DNA of 64,000 nt, from positions 2,336,001 through 2,400,000 of the forward strand of contig OZ253580.1 in assembly GCA_965263035.1 (NCBI GenBank), read 5' to 3'. The notes below the pieces were generated by a model. That model was not told where the DNA came from. It saw only the letters and a list, made by a program, of their open reading frames with translations, and ran no database searches. This document shows, piece after piece, positions 1 through 9,848 of the stretch. The position numbers were made by a program, and so were the translations under genes. Every line of letters begins with the position of its first letter. Within the stretch, counting starts at the first letter, position 1. Origin of the DNA: Acidobacteriota bacterium. Lineage in GTDB: Bacteria > Acidobacteriota > UBA6911 > RPQK01 > JAJDTT01.

Positions 1-954
1 GGACCTCGCGCCACTCCCACCGTCCACCAGGGCAAGGTCTACACCCTGGGGGCCATGGGGGACCTGCTCTGCCTGGACGCCGCCACCGGAAAGGTCCTGT
101 GGTCCCGGAACTACATCCGGGATTTCGGCGCCCAGGCGCCTGTCTGGGGGTTTTCCGCCGCTCCTCTGGTGGACGGCCGGAAACTCATCGTGATCGCCGG
201 AGGGAACGAGAACCGTTGCGTCCTGGCCCTGGACAAGGAGACAGGCCGCGAGATCTGGCGATCGCTGGAAGCCGACGAACCGGGCTACTCGGCGCCGGTG
301 ATCTTTCAGTTCGGCGGCGCCCGCCAACTCGTCATCTGGAATCCGAAGGGACTCTACGGGCTCGATCCGGAGACGGGCCAAGTCTATTGGAGCCGGGAGT
401 TCCCCGTCCGGAACGGACTCACCCTGGCCACGCCCATCTTCGATCCCGACCGGAATCTCCTCTTCGTGAGCGCCTTCTACGACGGTCCTCTCATGATGCG
501 CACCCGTTCGGAGCAACCGTCGGCGGCCCTGCTCTGGAAGGGCAGGAGCACCAGCGAAATCGAGACCGACGGCCTGCACTCCCTCATGTGCACGCCGGTC
601 CTGGACCGGGGTCATCTTTACGGGGTGGACAGTTACGGTCAGCTTCGCTGTCTGGACGCGCTGACCGGACAGCGGGTCTGGGAGACGTTGAAAGCCACGG
701 GAAAGGGACGCTGGTGGAACGCCTTCCTGGTGCGGCACCAGAACCGGTTCATCATCCTCAACGAGCAAGGAGAGATGATCTTCGCCAGGCTCTCTCCCGA
801 AGGCTACCAGGAGACGAGCCGGACCACCCTGATCGAACCGGTGGTTCCCATCCAGAGACGTCTCACCGTCTGGTCCCACCCTGCGTTCGCCAACCGGTCC
901 ATCTACGCCAGGAACAACCGGTCGATCGTCTGCGCCGATCTGTCCGCCCGCTGA
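1..954 (+). CDS. PQQ-binding-like beta-propeller protein (5' partial)
   Basis: Frame is open from base 1 (GPRATPTVHQGKVYTLGAMG). Repeated LDxxTGxxxW blades; ends WSHPAFANRSIYARN. Confidence 0.85.
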   Translation, partial: GPRATPTVHQGKVYTLGAMGDLLCLDAATGKVLWSRNYIRDFGAQAPVWGFSAAPLVDGRKLIVIAGGNENRCVLALDKETGREIWRSLEADEPGYSAPVIFQFGGARQLVIWNPKGLYGLDPETGQVYWSREFPVRNGLTLATPIFDPDRNLLFVSAFYDGPLMMRTRSEQPSAALLWKGRSTSEIETDGLHSLMCTPVLDRGHLYGVDSYGQLRCLDALTGQRVWETLKATGKGRWWNAFLVRHQNRFIILNEQGEMIFARLSPEGYQETSRTTLIEPVVPIQRRLTVWSHPAFANRSIYARNNRSIVCADLSAR

Positions 955-974
955 GGCGCTGCGTCCCCCGAAAC

Positions 975-2282
975 CTAAGTCACCAACCGCGTCGACCAGT
1001 GGTCCCGATACTCCCGGGTCAGCAGGGCGTTGGCCTCCGGGTCGTCCGTGATGGTCTCGGTGGCGGGATCGAACGAGTAGCTGCCCCGGGTCCGGCCGGC
1101 GATGTTCCCCAGGTGGCAGAGGGAGGTCGACAGGTGGCCCACCTCCGCGTCGCAATTGGGCGTTTCACGGGTCCGGATACAATCGATGAAGTTGGCGTAG
1201 TGTTCCCGGCCGCGCCGGTTCTCGGCCAGTTCCTGTCGAACCAGCCGGTTCCGGGAATCGTAGATGCGGAAGCCGTACGTGCGGTGTCCGTCGAAGTAGC
1301 CGGAGACCGCCTTGCCTTCGGTGCCGTAGACTTCCACGCCGTTCTGGCCGTTGTTCATCTTGTAGCTGTTCCAGAGCCGCATTTCGTACTGGATGACCGT
1401 GTCCTCGTAATCGAAGACGACGGTCTGGGTGTCGGGCGTCTGCTGGTCGTCGTCGAAGTAGAGCTTGCGACCGGCGCCGGTGACGTGTCTTGGCAGACCC
1501 GCCTTCATCACCCAGCGCGCCACGTCGATCCAATGGACACCGTCGTTGCCTATGTCTCCGGCCCCGTAGTGCCAGTGCCAGTTGACGGTGCCGTTGTAGT
1601 GGTTGCGGTTGAAGGGGAGCACCGGGATGGGACCGTTCCAAAGATCGTAATTGATCCCGGCCGGGACCGGTTCGTCCTCCTTGTGGCCGATGTTCCGGCG
1701 CTTCTGGGTGTTCCAGACCTTGGCCATGAGCAGGTCGCCGATCTTGCCCGACTGGCAGTACTCGATGAATCGGTGGGTGTTGGGACGGCTCCGGGACTGG
1801 GTCCCCACCTGCACCACCCGATCGTACCTGCGTGCTGCCTCCACCATGAGGCGGCCCTCACGGACGTTGTGGGAGACGGGCTTTTCCACGTAGACATCCT
1901 TGCCGGCTTCACAGCAGAGAATGGTTCCGGGAGCATGCCAATGGAGGGGGGTGGCGATGACGACCGCGTCCACCGACTTGTCGTCCAGAACCCGCCGGAT
2001 GTCCTCCTCCATCTTGGGGCGTTTCCCCTGGGTTTCCTCCGCGATCTTGAAAGCGGGCCCCACCACGTTCTGGTCCACGTCGCAGATGTAGGCCAGATCC
2101 ACGTCGGGCATCTCGCCGAAATACCGGGTCAATACCGGGCCGCGGCCCCGGACGCCCATCATGGCCACAGTCACCTTGTCGTTGGCCGAGACCCGCTTGC
2201 GGCCGCCCAAACCGGCTGCAGCGGCCGATCCAATCGCCGCCCCGCCGGCCAAACTCGCACCGAGAAAACTTCGCCTGTTCAC
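975..2282 (-). CDS. Gfo/Idh/MocA oxidoreductase, Tat-exported
   Basis: NRRSFL twin-arginine signal; GVRGRG, IATPLHWH and VYVEKP motifs. Confidence 0.9.
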   Translation of the reverse strand: MNRRSFLGASLAGGAAIGSAAAAGLGGRKRVSANDKVTVAMMGVRGRGPVLTRYFGEMPDVDLAYICDVDQNVVGPAFKIAEETQGKRPKMEEDIRRVLDDKSVDAVVIATPLHWHAPGTILCCEAGKDVYVEKPVSHNVREGRLMVEAARRYDRVVQVGTQSRSRPNTHRFIEYCQSGKIGDLLMAKVWNTQKRRNIGHKEDEPVPAGINYDLWNGPIPVLPFNRNHYNGTVNWHWHYGAGDIGNDGVHWIDVARWVMKAGLPRHVTGAGRKLYFDDDQQTPDTQTVVFDYEDTVIQYEMRLWNSYKMNNGQNGVEVYGTEGKAVSGYFDGHRTYGFRIYDSRNRLVRQELAENRRGREHYANFIDCIRTRETPNCDAEVGHLSTSLCHLGNIAGRTRGSYSFDPATETITDDPEANALLTREYRDHWSTRLVT

Positions 2283-2389
2283 GGAATTACCTCCTGGTCA
2301 GGATGGATGAAATACTAGGTTTTGGATATCATCCTTTGCTCTGAGAAGCAAGGCGACGGACCCATCCATGGGCAACGATTGGGACGTAA

Positions 2390-2538
2390 GAGAGCACCCA
2401 CAAGGGGTGCCCCTACGGTGACGCCGCCGGGCTCGAAGATGCGTAGGGGCGCACCCTTGTGGTCGTCCTCGGGCGGCGGACGTGTCGATGGAGCCAAGGT
2501 TGAGATGTAGGAGGGCACCCACATGGGGTGTCGCCACG
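2390..2538. repeat. Cluster of three GTAG-type REP-like palindromes
   Basis: 2390-2417 (-) CGTAGGGGCACCCCTTGTGGGTGCTCTC; 2442-2470 (+); 2511-2538 (-, degenerate). Located between divergent genes. Confidence 0.8.
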
Positions 2539-2563
2539 GGAGCCGGGTTGGCGTCTGCAGGTC

Positions 2564-3148
2564 ATGATGCATGATATCCCTGAAGGAGCCATAGTCCGAT
2601 GTGAGTGGGCGGTGGGGCATCGGCTTCTCGCCGAGTATCACGACCGGGAATGGGGGGTTCCGGTGCACGACGACCGGAAGCTGTTCGAGTTTCTGGTTCT
2701 GGACGCCTTTCAGGCCGGGTTGAGCTGGCTGACCATTCTCAAGAAAAGAGAGAACTTTCGGGCAAATTTCGACGGGTTCGATCCGGAGCGGATCTGCCGA
2801 TACGGCGAGGACACGATCGCCCGGCTGCTCCAGGACCCGGGGATCATTCGGAACCGGCTCAAGGTGAAGGCTACGGTGAGTAACGCCCGCTGCTTTCTGA
2901 GGGTCCAGGAGGAGTTCGGGTCCTTCGACCGGTACATCTGGCAGTTCACCGGCGGCCGGACGCGCGTCAACTCCTTTCACAGTCAGAGCCGGATTCCAGC
3001 CAAGACCCGTCAATCCGAAGCCATGAGCCGATCCCTCAGGAAGCGGGGGTTCCGCTTCGTGGGGCCCACCATCTGCTACGCTTTCATGCAGGCCGCGGGC
3101 ATGGTGAACGACCACGTCACCGGCTGTTTCCGCTACGGACAACTCTGA
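2564..3148 (+). CDS. tag: DNA-3-methyladenine glycosylase I
   Basis: RCEW..YHDREWGVP, FQAGLSWLTIL, FVGPTICYAFMQAAGMVNDH..C motifs. Confidence 0.95.
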   Translation: MMHDIPEGAIVRCEWAVGHRLLAEYHDREWGVPVHDDRKLFEFLVLDAFQAGLSWLTILKKRENFRANFDGFDPERICRYGEDTIARLLQDPGIIRNRLKVKATVSNARCFLRVQEEFGSFDRYIWQFTGGRTRVNSFHSQSRIPAKTRQSEAMSRSLRKRGFRFVGPTICYAFMQAAGMVNDHVTGCFRYGQL

Positions 3149-3168
3149 GCCGGAAGCGGCCCCGACGG

Positions 3169-4227
3169 CTATTCGACCAGCGTTCCCAGCGAGATCTGCA
3201 GCACCAGGTAGACCACGTAAATGAGCAGCAGCGGGGCGCCATACCATCTCTGGAAGTAGCCCCTGGAGGAGGCCCGGAAGATGAAGATCCGGAACAGGAC
3301 CAGGATCCCCAGCATGAAGGGGAGGTGGACGTAGAGGAGGATCTGGGGCAGCGAGGCTCCCGCCTCCACCACCGGCAAGGGGGCAGCAACGGCCGAAAAA
3401 CCGACCACGAAGAGGACGTTGAGCACATCGGCGCCGATGATGTTGCCCACCAGCAACTCATTGTGCCCCCGGCGGATGCTGGTCATGCCGATCACCAGCT
3501 CCGGAAGCGAGGTCCCGAAGGCGACCAGCGTCGCGGCGATCACGACCTTGGGGATGAACCAGTGGTTCTCCGCCAACTCGATCACGCTGCAGATGAGGAC
3601 CCGGCTGGAGAACAGCACCAGGACCAGGCCGCCCAACACTCCGATCCAGAGCCGGACCGTACCCTGGGACGCGTCACCCGCCTCGCTGCCCATCTGGGCC
3701 GCCAGCTCGGGATGGCCCCGGCTCCAGCGAACCGAAAAAAAGAGATAGGCCGCCAGCAGCAGTACGAAGAGAAGTCCCATCGTTCGGCCGATGACGGCCT
3801 CGTTTCCCGCGACCCTGTAGACGCCCCAGCAAACGAGCACCAGAAACAAACCGGAGCCGAACTGGACCCAACCCTGGCGGTTGAGGATGAACCGATCCGC
3901 CGGAAGCCGGGACAGAAGGCACCCCAGGCCGAAGATCAGGCCCGAGTCGACGATGATGGAGCCGACGGCGTTTCCCAGGGCCAAGCCCGGTTCACCGGAC
4001 CAGGCCGCCACCACCGAGACCGCGCACTCGGGACTGGTGGTCCCGAGAGAGACGATGGTGGCCCCCACCACTATCTTGGGGACACCTAACCCCTGGGCGA
4101 TCCCCGAGGCCCCCACCACCACCAGATCGGCCGCTTTGACCACTACGGCCACGGCCGCCGCCAAGAGCAACAGCAGCGCCCACTGGGGCAGACCGGAGAA
4201 CCACGCTTCGGGAATCAAGTATTCCAA
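3169..4227 (-). CDS. Calcium/sodium antiporter (YrbG/CaCA family)
   Basis: Two alpha-repeats, GTTSPE and GTSLPE; multiple hydrophobic helices; TTG start. Confidence 0.9.
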   Translation of the reverse strand: MEYLIPEAWFSGLPQWALLLLLAAAVAVVVKAADLVVVGASGIAQGLGVPKIVVGATIVSLGTTSPECAVSVVAAWSGEPGLALGNAVGSIIVDSGLIFGLGCLLSRLPADRFILNRQGWVQFGSGLFLVLVCWGVYRVAGNEAVIGRTMGLLFVLLLAAYLFFSVRWSRGHPELAAQMGSEAGDASQGTVRLWIGVLGGLVLVLFSSRVLICSVIELAENHWFIPKVVIAATLVAFGTSLPELVIGMTSIRRGHNELLVGNIIGADVLNVLFVVGFSAVAAPLPVVEAGASLPQILLYVHLPFMLGILVLFRIFIFRASSRGYFQRWYGAPLLLIYVVYLVLQISLGTLVE

Positions 4228-4335
4228 ATCGCTGCTCCTACCTCACCGCCTCTTTCTGCAAACCGCCTTATGTTCCGGTTCCGGCGCCGGAAACTCAAGG
4301 GTGCGTTCCCGAAAGTGACTCCAGCCCTCGCCTGG

Positions 4336-4494
4336 GAGTCTGCGCGGTAGAAATGATCGTAGCGAGAAAGCGGGGAATCGAGGCCGGATTTTCTCGATTT
4401 GGAGGTGCATAGTCGTTCTATTCGCCGAGAAATCGGGGAAATATGGACCGATTCTACCGCTTTCGCAGTAGCTCAATTTCTGCGGCGCAGGCTC
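4336..4494 (+). mobile_element. MITE-A copy 1 (159 bp)
   Basis: GAGTCTGCGCGGTAGAAAT...ATTTCTGCGGCGCAGGCTC terminal inverted repeats; flanks CTGG/CTAG; near-identical to four other copies. Confidence 0.9.
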
Positions 4495-4609
4495 CTAGGC
4501 CCGAGCATCGCCACCCACCGTCTTGGCCGTCGCAAAGGAGATTGGGCGGGCATCGTAGTAGACTGGGCAGAGACATCGCCGAACCGTTCGAGGGAGGAGA
4601 AAACGGGCC

Positions 4610-5929
4610 ATGAAGGAGCAATCGAATCGACGGTCATTCCTGAAGCGCGTGGGAATGGGAAGCCTGGCCGCGGCCGCGGCTCCGGCCATCATCCGGGCAA
4701 GGTCCTCCCACTCCCGGCTCCGTCTGGCCGGCGTGGGAGTGGGAGGCAAAGGATGGACCGACCTGGGCGAGTGTGCCCTGGGCCACGACGTGGTGGCCAT
4801 CTGCGACGTCGACGAGCGTCGGCTGGAACGGGCCGCACACCGTTATCCCGGCGCCAGGAAGTACACGGACTGGCGCAAGCTCCTGGAGCAGAAGGACATC
4901 GACGCCCTGACCATCTCCACCCCCGACCACATGCACGCACCCGTCACCTTTCAGGCCCTGTCCCTGGGCAAGCACGTGTACACGCAGAAACCCCTGACCC
5001 ACTCGGTCTACGAGGCGCGCGCCCTGACTCGATTGGCGAAGGAGAAGGGCGTCGTGACCCAGATGGGCATCCAGCATCACTCCCTGGCTCCTTTGAGGAC
5101 GGGTGTCCAAGCGGTCCGGGACGGGGTCATTGGAAAGGTCCGGGAAGCGCACGTCTGGACCAACCGTCCCGGGACCTACTGGAGACAGGAAATCCAGCGT
5201 CCATCCTGGAGCGATCCGGTGCCCGATCACGTCCACTGGGACCTGTGGCTGGGCGTGGCTCCCGAAAGGCCGTATGTGGACGGAGACGTCTACCATCCCT
5301 TTCACTGGCGGGGGTGGTGGGATTTCGGCACCGGTGCTCTGGGAGACATGGGCTGCCATCTGATAGACCCCGCCATCAATGCCCTGGAGTTGGGCCCCCC
5401 ATCCACGGTCTGGGCAGAGGGCACCGATCCTCTGCCGGAGAGCGGTCCCCGCTGGTCCATCGTCCACTACGAGTTTCCGGGCACCCGGCACACGACGCCG
5501 ACCCTGCCCCTGACCTGGTACGAAGCGGGGATGCGGCCGCCTCGCCAGCTCTACGGCGCCCCCGATGACTGGCCCGGCTGGACCAACGGGAATCTGCTGA
5601 TCGGTGAGAAGGGAAACCTGCTGATGGGCGGGGGCCAACGTCCGATCCTGTTCCCCGTAGAACGTTTCGCCGACTACGTCTTCCCCACCCAACCGGACGA
5701 GAGTCACTACACCCAATGGGTCAACGCCATTCTGGGAAAGGACACGGCTTCCACCGACTTCTCGTACTCGGGGCCGCTGACGGAAACGGTGCTGTTGGGG
5801 AACGTGGCCTTCCGAACCGGCAAGAAATTGAAGTGGGACAGCGCCAATCTGAAGGCGGCCGGAGTCCCCGAGGCGGACCGGCATCTGCATCGTCCCTACC
5901 GCAAGGGCTGGGAAACGGGAGGTCTCTGA
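4610..5929 (+). CDS. Gfo/Idh/MocA oxidoreductase, Tat-exported
   Basis: NRRSFLK signal; GVGGKG, STPDHMH, YTQKPL and GDMGCH motifs; GGAGGAG RBS. Confidence 0.9.
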   Translation: MKEQSNRRSFLKRVGMGSLAAAAAPAIIRARSSHSRLRLAGVGVGGKGWTDLGECALGHDVVAICDVDERRLERAAHRYPGARKYTDWRKLLEQKDIDALTISTPDHMHAPVTFQALSLGKHVYTQKPLTHSVYEARALTRLAKEKGVVTQMGIQHHSLAPLRTGVQAVRDGVIGKVREAHVWTNRPGTYWRQEIQRPSWSDPVPDHVHWDLWLGVAPERPYVDGDVYHPFHWRGWWDFGTGALGDMGCHLIDPAINALELGPPSTVWAEGTDPLPESGPRWSIVHYEFPGTRHTTPTLPLTWYEAGMRPPRQLYGAPDDWPGWTNGNLLIGEKGNLLMGGGQRPILFPVERFADYVFPTQPDESHYTQWVNAILGKDTASTDFSYSGPLTETVLLGNVAFRTGKKLKWDSANLKAAGVPEADRHLHRPYRKGWETGGL

Positions 5930-5942
5930 GTTCCGTTCCGAC

Positions 5943-6488
5943 TCACCCCGCCGGAAAGGCGCCGGTCCGCTTCAGCCGTTCGACCTGGTCGTAGTGGCGG
6001 TCGGTGTGGAACCGGAGAAATTCCAACCGCTGGTAGGCGTCCAGGGGTCCCGACAGGTAGTGCAGATCCAGCACCTGGGACGGGTCCAGTCCCGACAAGA
6101 CCTGGGGGAGACGCTCCAGAGTCGACTGGCAAGCTTCGTAGCGGGCGATCCAATAGGACAGGGGGCCCTCCGCCACGGGGTCGGTCTCGGCCATGGCCAT
6201 CTCCTTGGGCTTCCAGGTCCTGGCGATCACTTCCTCGATGGGCAGGCCCCGGTGGACCGGTTCGCCGACCTGGAAGGGCACTCCCCGGCCCAAGGCTTCG
6301 GCCGCCAGCCAGATCCGCTGGACACCCCTTTGCTCCGACAGGACCAGGTGCTCGATGTGCGCCTGGACCGACCAGCCGTCGGCCGCCGCCTTGAAGGTGG
6401 CCTGAGCGGCCGTCAGTCCCCGGTTGGCGTCGATGATCCGGCGCCGCGCGGCATCCGACGCCTCGATTCGCTCAAGAATCCGATCCAT
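5943..6488 (-). CDS. DinB family protein
   Basis: WSVQAHIEHL near the N-terminus; HYLSGPL and C-terminal HTDRH..Q His motifs. Confidence 0.8.
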   Translation of the reverse strand: MDRILERIEASDAARRRIIDANRGLTAAQATFKAAADGWSVQAHIEHLVLSEQRGVQRIWLAAEALGRGVPFQVGEPVHRGLPIEEVIARTWKPKEMAMAETDPVAEGPLSYWIARYEACQSTLERLPQVLSGLDPSQVLDLHYLSGPLDAYQRLEFLRFHTDRHYDQVERLKRTGAFPAG

Positions 6489-6522
6489 GATTCACCTCGA
6501 TCTGCACGGTGGAAAACCGGCA

Positions 6523-7611
6523 TCAGTTGGCGGCGTCTCCCAGTTCCTCCAGAAGACCCTTCATCAACAGCGGCCAGACCAGGGTCGCGTCGGCGTGGAC
6601 CTCGGCGTAGCGTCCGCCCTCCTCGGGGGAGACGAATTTACCCCAGCTGACCCCTTCCGTATAGCTGCAGCCCGAGAGCCCGCCCCAATGATCCGGTTCC
6701 GGACAGATGCGGACGCCATACCGAAAACGGGGCGGCGGATGGCGGACCCCCAGGCGGTTCGCGGCCACCTCGAAGTAGGGGCCCACCTGCTGCGCCCAGT
6801 TCCGGGGGACTCCGCCGCCGATGGTGAAGATCCCCAACCGCGGCGCGGCGTCGGCGAACCGAGCGTACTCCTGCAGGTCCAGGAACGGATTGAAGGGAGG
6901 CACGGCCCGGAAGATCTCATCCGGTTCGGCCGTTTCCCGGCCCTCCGGAGAGGCCCGCATCTCCCTTTCCATGGCCCAGTTGGCAAGATCCAGACCGATT
7001 TCGCTGTCGGTAAAGGCGGGTATGAACACCGGGACGGCGCGGCGGAAGGCGCTGGCGAGAATGCCCGGCCCCCGATCCGCCTCGCTCAGCCGCCGGCCCA
7101 GGGACCGGCAAAGTCCGGCCGACGACCAGATTCCCTCCTCCGGCTCCTCCTGGCTCAGGACCGAGTGCAGCAGGTTCTCCACGTCGTCCAGGTTCCGCTC
7201 CATCTCCAGGGTGTCGTAGATCCGGTTGTAGCCCCGGCGGTAGAGGAACTCGTCGGAATGACGGCTCTCGTAGCGATAGTGGACCAATCCCAGAGACTCG
7301 GTGAGCCCGTGGGCGATGAGGGCGCCGGTGGCGACCACCGCGTCCACCCAACCCCGGTCCAGCATGCGGCAGATGATCTGTCCCTGCTTGGCCACGGTCA
7401 TGGCCCCGGAGACGGTCAGGACCACACGGCACTGCTCGTCCCGGATCATCTCCAGGAGAACCTGAAAGGCTTCGCCCAGATTCCGTCCTCCGAAGGCGGT
7501 CCGGGACATGGCCCGAAGCAGTTCGGAAAAGGTGTCGATCTGCTCTATGGGAAGGCTCTCGATGGGGACCAGGCCATCGGATCTGCCGTCGCTGCGCTGG
7601 CGGCTGCTCAT
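6523..7611 (-). CDS. Deoxyhypusine synthase-family protein
   Basis: SGAMT, VATGA, PAFTDSEIG, IGGGVPRNW, GGLSGCSYTEGVSWGK (catalytic Lys) and DATLVWP motifs. Confidence 0.92.
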   Translation of the reverse strand: MSSRQRSDGRSDGLVPIESLPIEQIDTFSELLRAMSRTAFGGRNLGEAFQVLLEMIRDEQCRVVLTVSGAMTVAKQGQIICRMLDRGWVDAVVATGALIAHGLTESLGLVHYRYESRHSDEFLYRRGYNRIYDTLEMERNLDDVENLLHSVLSQEEPEEGIWSSAGLCRSLGRRLSEADRGPGILASAFRRAVPVFIPAFTDSEIGLDLANWAMEREMRASPEGRETAEPDEIFRAVPPFNPFLDLQEYARFADAAPRLGIFTIGGGVPRNWAQQVGPYFEVAANRLGVRHPPPRFRYGVRICPEPDHWGGLSGCSYTEGVSWGKFVSPEEGGRYAEVHADATLVWPLLMKGLLEELGDAAN

Positions 7612-7642
7612 GGTTCAGCCAAGTCTACCAGGAGCGAAAAAT

Positions 7643-7668
7643 CGTAGGGGCGACCCTTGTGCCCGTTC
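7643..7668 (+). repeat. Single GTAG-type REP-like element
   Basis: CGTAGGGGCGACCCTTGTGCCCGTTC, similar to 2442-2470. Confidence 0.6.
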
Positions 7669-7811
7669 ACATGATCGCGATGCACTGGAGGTGCGACTGC
7701 GAATCGGGGAACCGACGGGGAGAGACAACCAGGGATAGACGCTGTACCATGAGTCCAGTGCGGGAGGCTTCTCCCGCCTTCTCCCGTGGATTCCAACTGG
7801 AGGTTCCTCCC

Positions 7812-8777
7812 ATGCCCTCATTGAAGGTTTCGTTCCTGCCGCTGGTCTTGGCGACGGTGCTCCTCACGTCCACCCTGCCGGCGACGCCCGACACGATCAA
7901 GAAACCTCTGACCCCGCGACAGGTCATGGAGCACCTGGAGGGGCCCATCTTTTCACTGGTGCTGCCCTTCGACACGGAGGGGAACGTGGATCACGGCGCC
8001 ATTCGGAAGATGATCTCCAACGCCATGAAATACGGCGTCCGGATCTTCAACATGACGGGCGGGAACACCAAATACGACTGGACCTCCTACGACGAGATCA
8101 AGGCCGTGACCCGGACTTTCGTCGAGGCGGTGGGCGATCGCGGCATCAGCATGGTCTGCACCAACAATTTCTGGAATTCCCGGTTGATCGACTACCTCCG
8201 GTACGCCGAAGGGCTGGGGGCCGATGCCGTGGAGGTGCTGGCGCCGAAGATGCCGGAGGAGGATATCGTCGAGTATTTCCGGACCGCCGCCGCCAACACC
8301 CGGATGGCCATCTCGGTCAAGAACGTCGGACTCAAGGACAAGACCTGGCGCAAGCTCCTGGAGATCGACTCGGTGGTGGCCATGAAGGAACACGACATCC
8401 GGGAGTACATCTTCCTGGAAGCCAAGTTCGCGGACCGGCTCCGGGTCTACAGCGGCGGCAGCATCTACCGCTTCCTGGCGGCGGCTCCCTACGGCGCCAA
8501 GACCTACTTCGACATCTACGCCATCATCGCCCCCTGGATCGCCAAGGAGTTCTGGGAGGCCTACCAGGCCGGGAACATGGAAAAATGCTACGAGATATCG
8601 AAGAAGTACGACGTCCCCATCATCGAGGCCTTCAGCCTCCCCTTCTTCCACGGCGCCCTGGAGTACTTCGGGCTCGCCAAGCGCCATCTGCGGGCTCCCA
8701 TGAAGCCGTATACCGACGAGCAGATGGGTGAGGTGAAGGCGTTCTTCGAGTCCCTCGGATTGTTCCCGCGGGAATAG
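7812..8777 (+). CDS. DapA/NanA-family (class I aldolase) protein with N-terminal signal peptide
   Basis: GGAGGT RBS before ATG 7812; hydrophobic leader; LVLPFDTEGNVDH, AEGLGADAV and VVAMKE (Schiff-base Lys) motifs. Confidence 0.8.
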   Translation: MPSLKVSFLPLVLATVLLTSTLPATPDTIKKPLTPRQVMEHLEGPIFSLVLPFDTEGNVDHGAIRKMISNAMKYGVRIFNMTGGNTKYDWTSYDEIKAVTRTFVEAVGDRGISMVCTNNFWNSRLIDYLRYAEGLGADAVEVLAPKMPEEDIVEYFRTAAANTRMAISVKNVGLKDKTWRKLLEIDSVVAMKEHDIREYIFLEAKFADRLRVYSGGSIYRFLAAAPYGAKTYFDIYAIIAPWIAKEFWEAYQAGNMEKCYEISKKYDVPIIEAFSLPFFHGALEYFGLAKRHLRAPMKPYTDEQMGEVKAFFESLGLFPRE

Positions 8778-8791
8778 GGAATATTGTCGAC

Positions 8792-9136
8792 CTAGGTTCC
8801 CAGGAGGACGGCGAGTCCACTCAACACCTCCCGGACTCTCTCCGGTGACAGCCGCCCGATGCGTCGGTCCAACTGGCTTCGATCGACGGTTCGAAGCTGA
8901 GAAACGTTGACGACACTGGACCGGGGAAGTCCACCTTCCCCATGGTCAAGACGCACATTGCCCGGCATTGCCCCGAGTCGGAGATTTGATGTAATCGCCG
9001 CTACGACGGTAGTAGAGATGGCGCTCCGATTAAACCGGTCATGTGGAACTACCAACGCAGGTCGTCTCCCTGCCGGTGCCGAACCCTTGTGGGTGCCAAA
9101 GTGCAGCCAATAGATCTCGCCTTGGCGGATCACCAA
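8792..9136 (-). CDS. mazF: PemK/MazF family toxin
   Basis: QGEIYW, GRRPALVV, VVAAITS and SVVNVSQLRTVDR motifs. Confidence 0.92.
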   Translation of the reverse strand: MVIRQGEIYWLHFGTHKGSAPAGRRPALVVPHDRFNRSAISTTVVAAITSNLRLGAMPGNVRLDHGEGGLPRSSVVNVSQLRTVDRSQLDRRIGRLSPERVREVLSGLAVLLGT

Positions 9137-9387
9137 CTCTCATCGCTCCAATCGGTTCCGACGACGTCCAAAGCGGCCGCCCCACTTACCTGCTCCCGCC
9201 TCAACTCAGGGTCCGCAAACAACTCATCCAGACACTGGGTCACCTCGGCGTCACGCCGAGCCTGCACGGCTTCCTCCAACACTTGCGTGATAAAACGATT
9301 TCTGGACTCCCGGCGCATACGGGCCATGCGGTCGAGTTCCATGAGCAGTTCCGGGGGAAGGGCAATCGCAGTCTTACGTAGGGGCAT
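9130..9387 (-). CDS. Ribbon-helix-helix antitoxin partner of MazF
   Basis: KTAIALPPELLMELDRMAR..SRNRFI; overlaps the toxin start; AGGAG RBS. Confidence 0.85.
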   Translation of the reverse strand: MPLRKTAIALPPELLMELDRMARMRRESRNRFITQVLEEAVQARRDAEVTQCLDELFADPELRREQVSGAAALDVVGTDWSDESW

Positions 9388-9524
9388 ATTGTGACTCCTA
9401 TTTGGTAGCAATATAGAGAATACCGAAATCTTTGCCACGACTCAAAGTCACCGTTTACGGTTATGTGCACCATCGCCCAGCGTACTTGTCGGTTCCAGCC
9501 GGAAGTCTCAGGATGTCGCCTAGG

Positions 9525-9683
9525 GAGCCTGCGCCGCAGAAATTGATCTACTGCGAAAGCGGTAGAATCGGTCCATATTTCCCCGATTTCTCGGCGAATA
9601 GAACAACTATGCACCTCAAAATCGAGAAAATCTGGCCTCGATTCCCCACTTTCTCGCTACGATCATTTCTACCGCGCAGACTC
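9525..9683 (-). mobile_element. MITE-A copy 2 (159 bp)
   Basis: Reverse-orientation copy of 4336-4494; flanks TAGG/CTAG. Confidence 0.9.
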
Positions 9684-9687
9684 CTAG

Positions 9688-9848
9688 CAGCCCGTGGCAA
9701 AAGTCGTCGCGGCATTCGACCGGGTCTGCATCGTGCGCGGACTGCGTTGCGCCTCGGTCACATAGGGTCGAATATGCTCCCTCACCGCGCCTTGTCCGGC
9801 GGGCGCAGCCCCGGTCTCGGCGCTACGCGGGACTTTCACCACGGACTG
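9688..9848. mobile_element. MITE-B (161 bp, IS5-like ends)
   Basis: Inverted ends CAGCCCGTGGCAAAAGTC / GACTTTCACCACGGACTG; CTAG on both sides (9684-9687 and 9849-9852). Confidence 0.8.

Noticed and set aside
6523-7611. Eukaryote/archaea-like hypusination system
   Set aside because: No eIF5A, EF-P or deoxyhypusine hydroxylase gene is nearby; polyamine synthesis is the more usual bacterial role.
7682-7777. Inverted repeats GCACTGGA/TCCAGTGC and GCGGGAG/CTCCCGC as a riboswitch upstream of the dapA-like gene
   Set aside because: The stems are short and I recognise no aptamer consensus; an Rfam scan would be needed.
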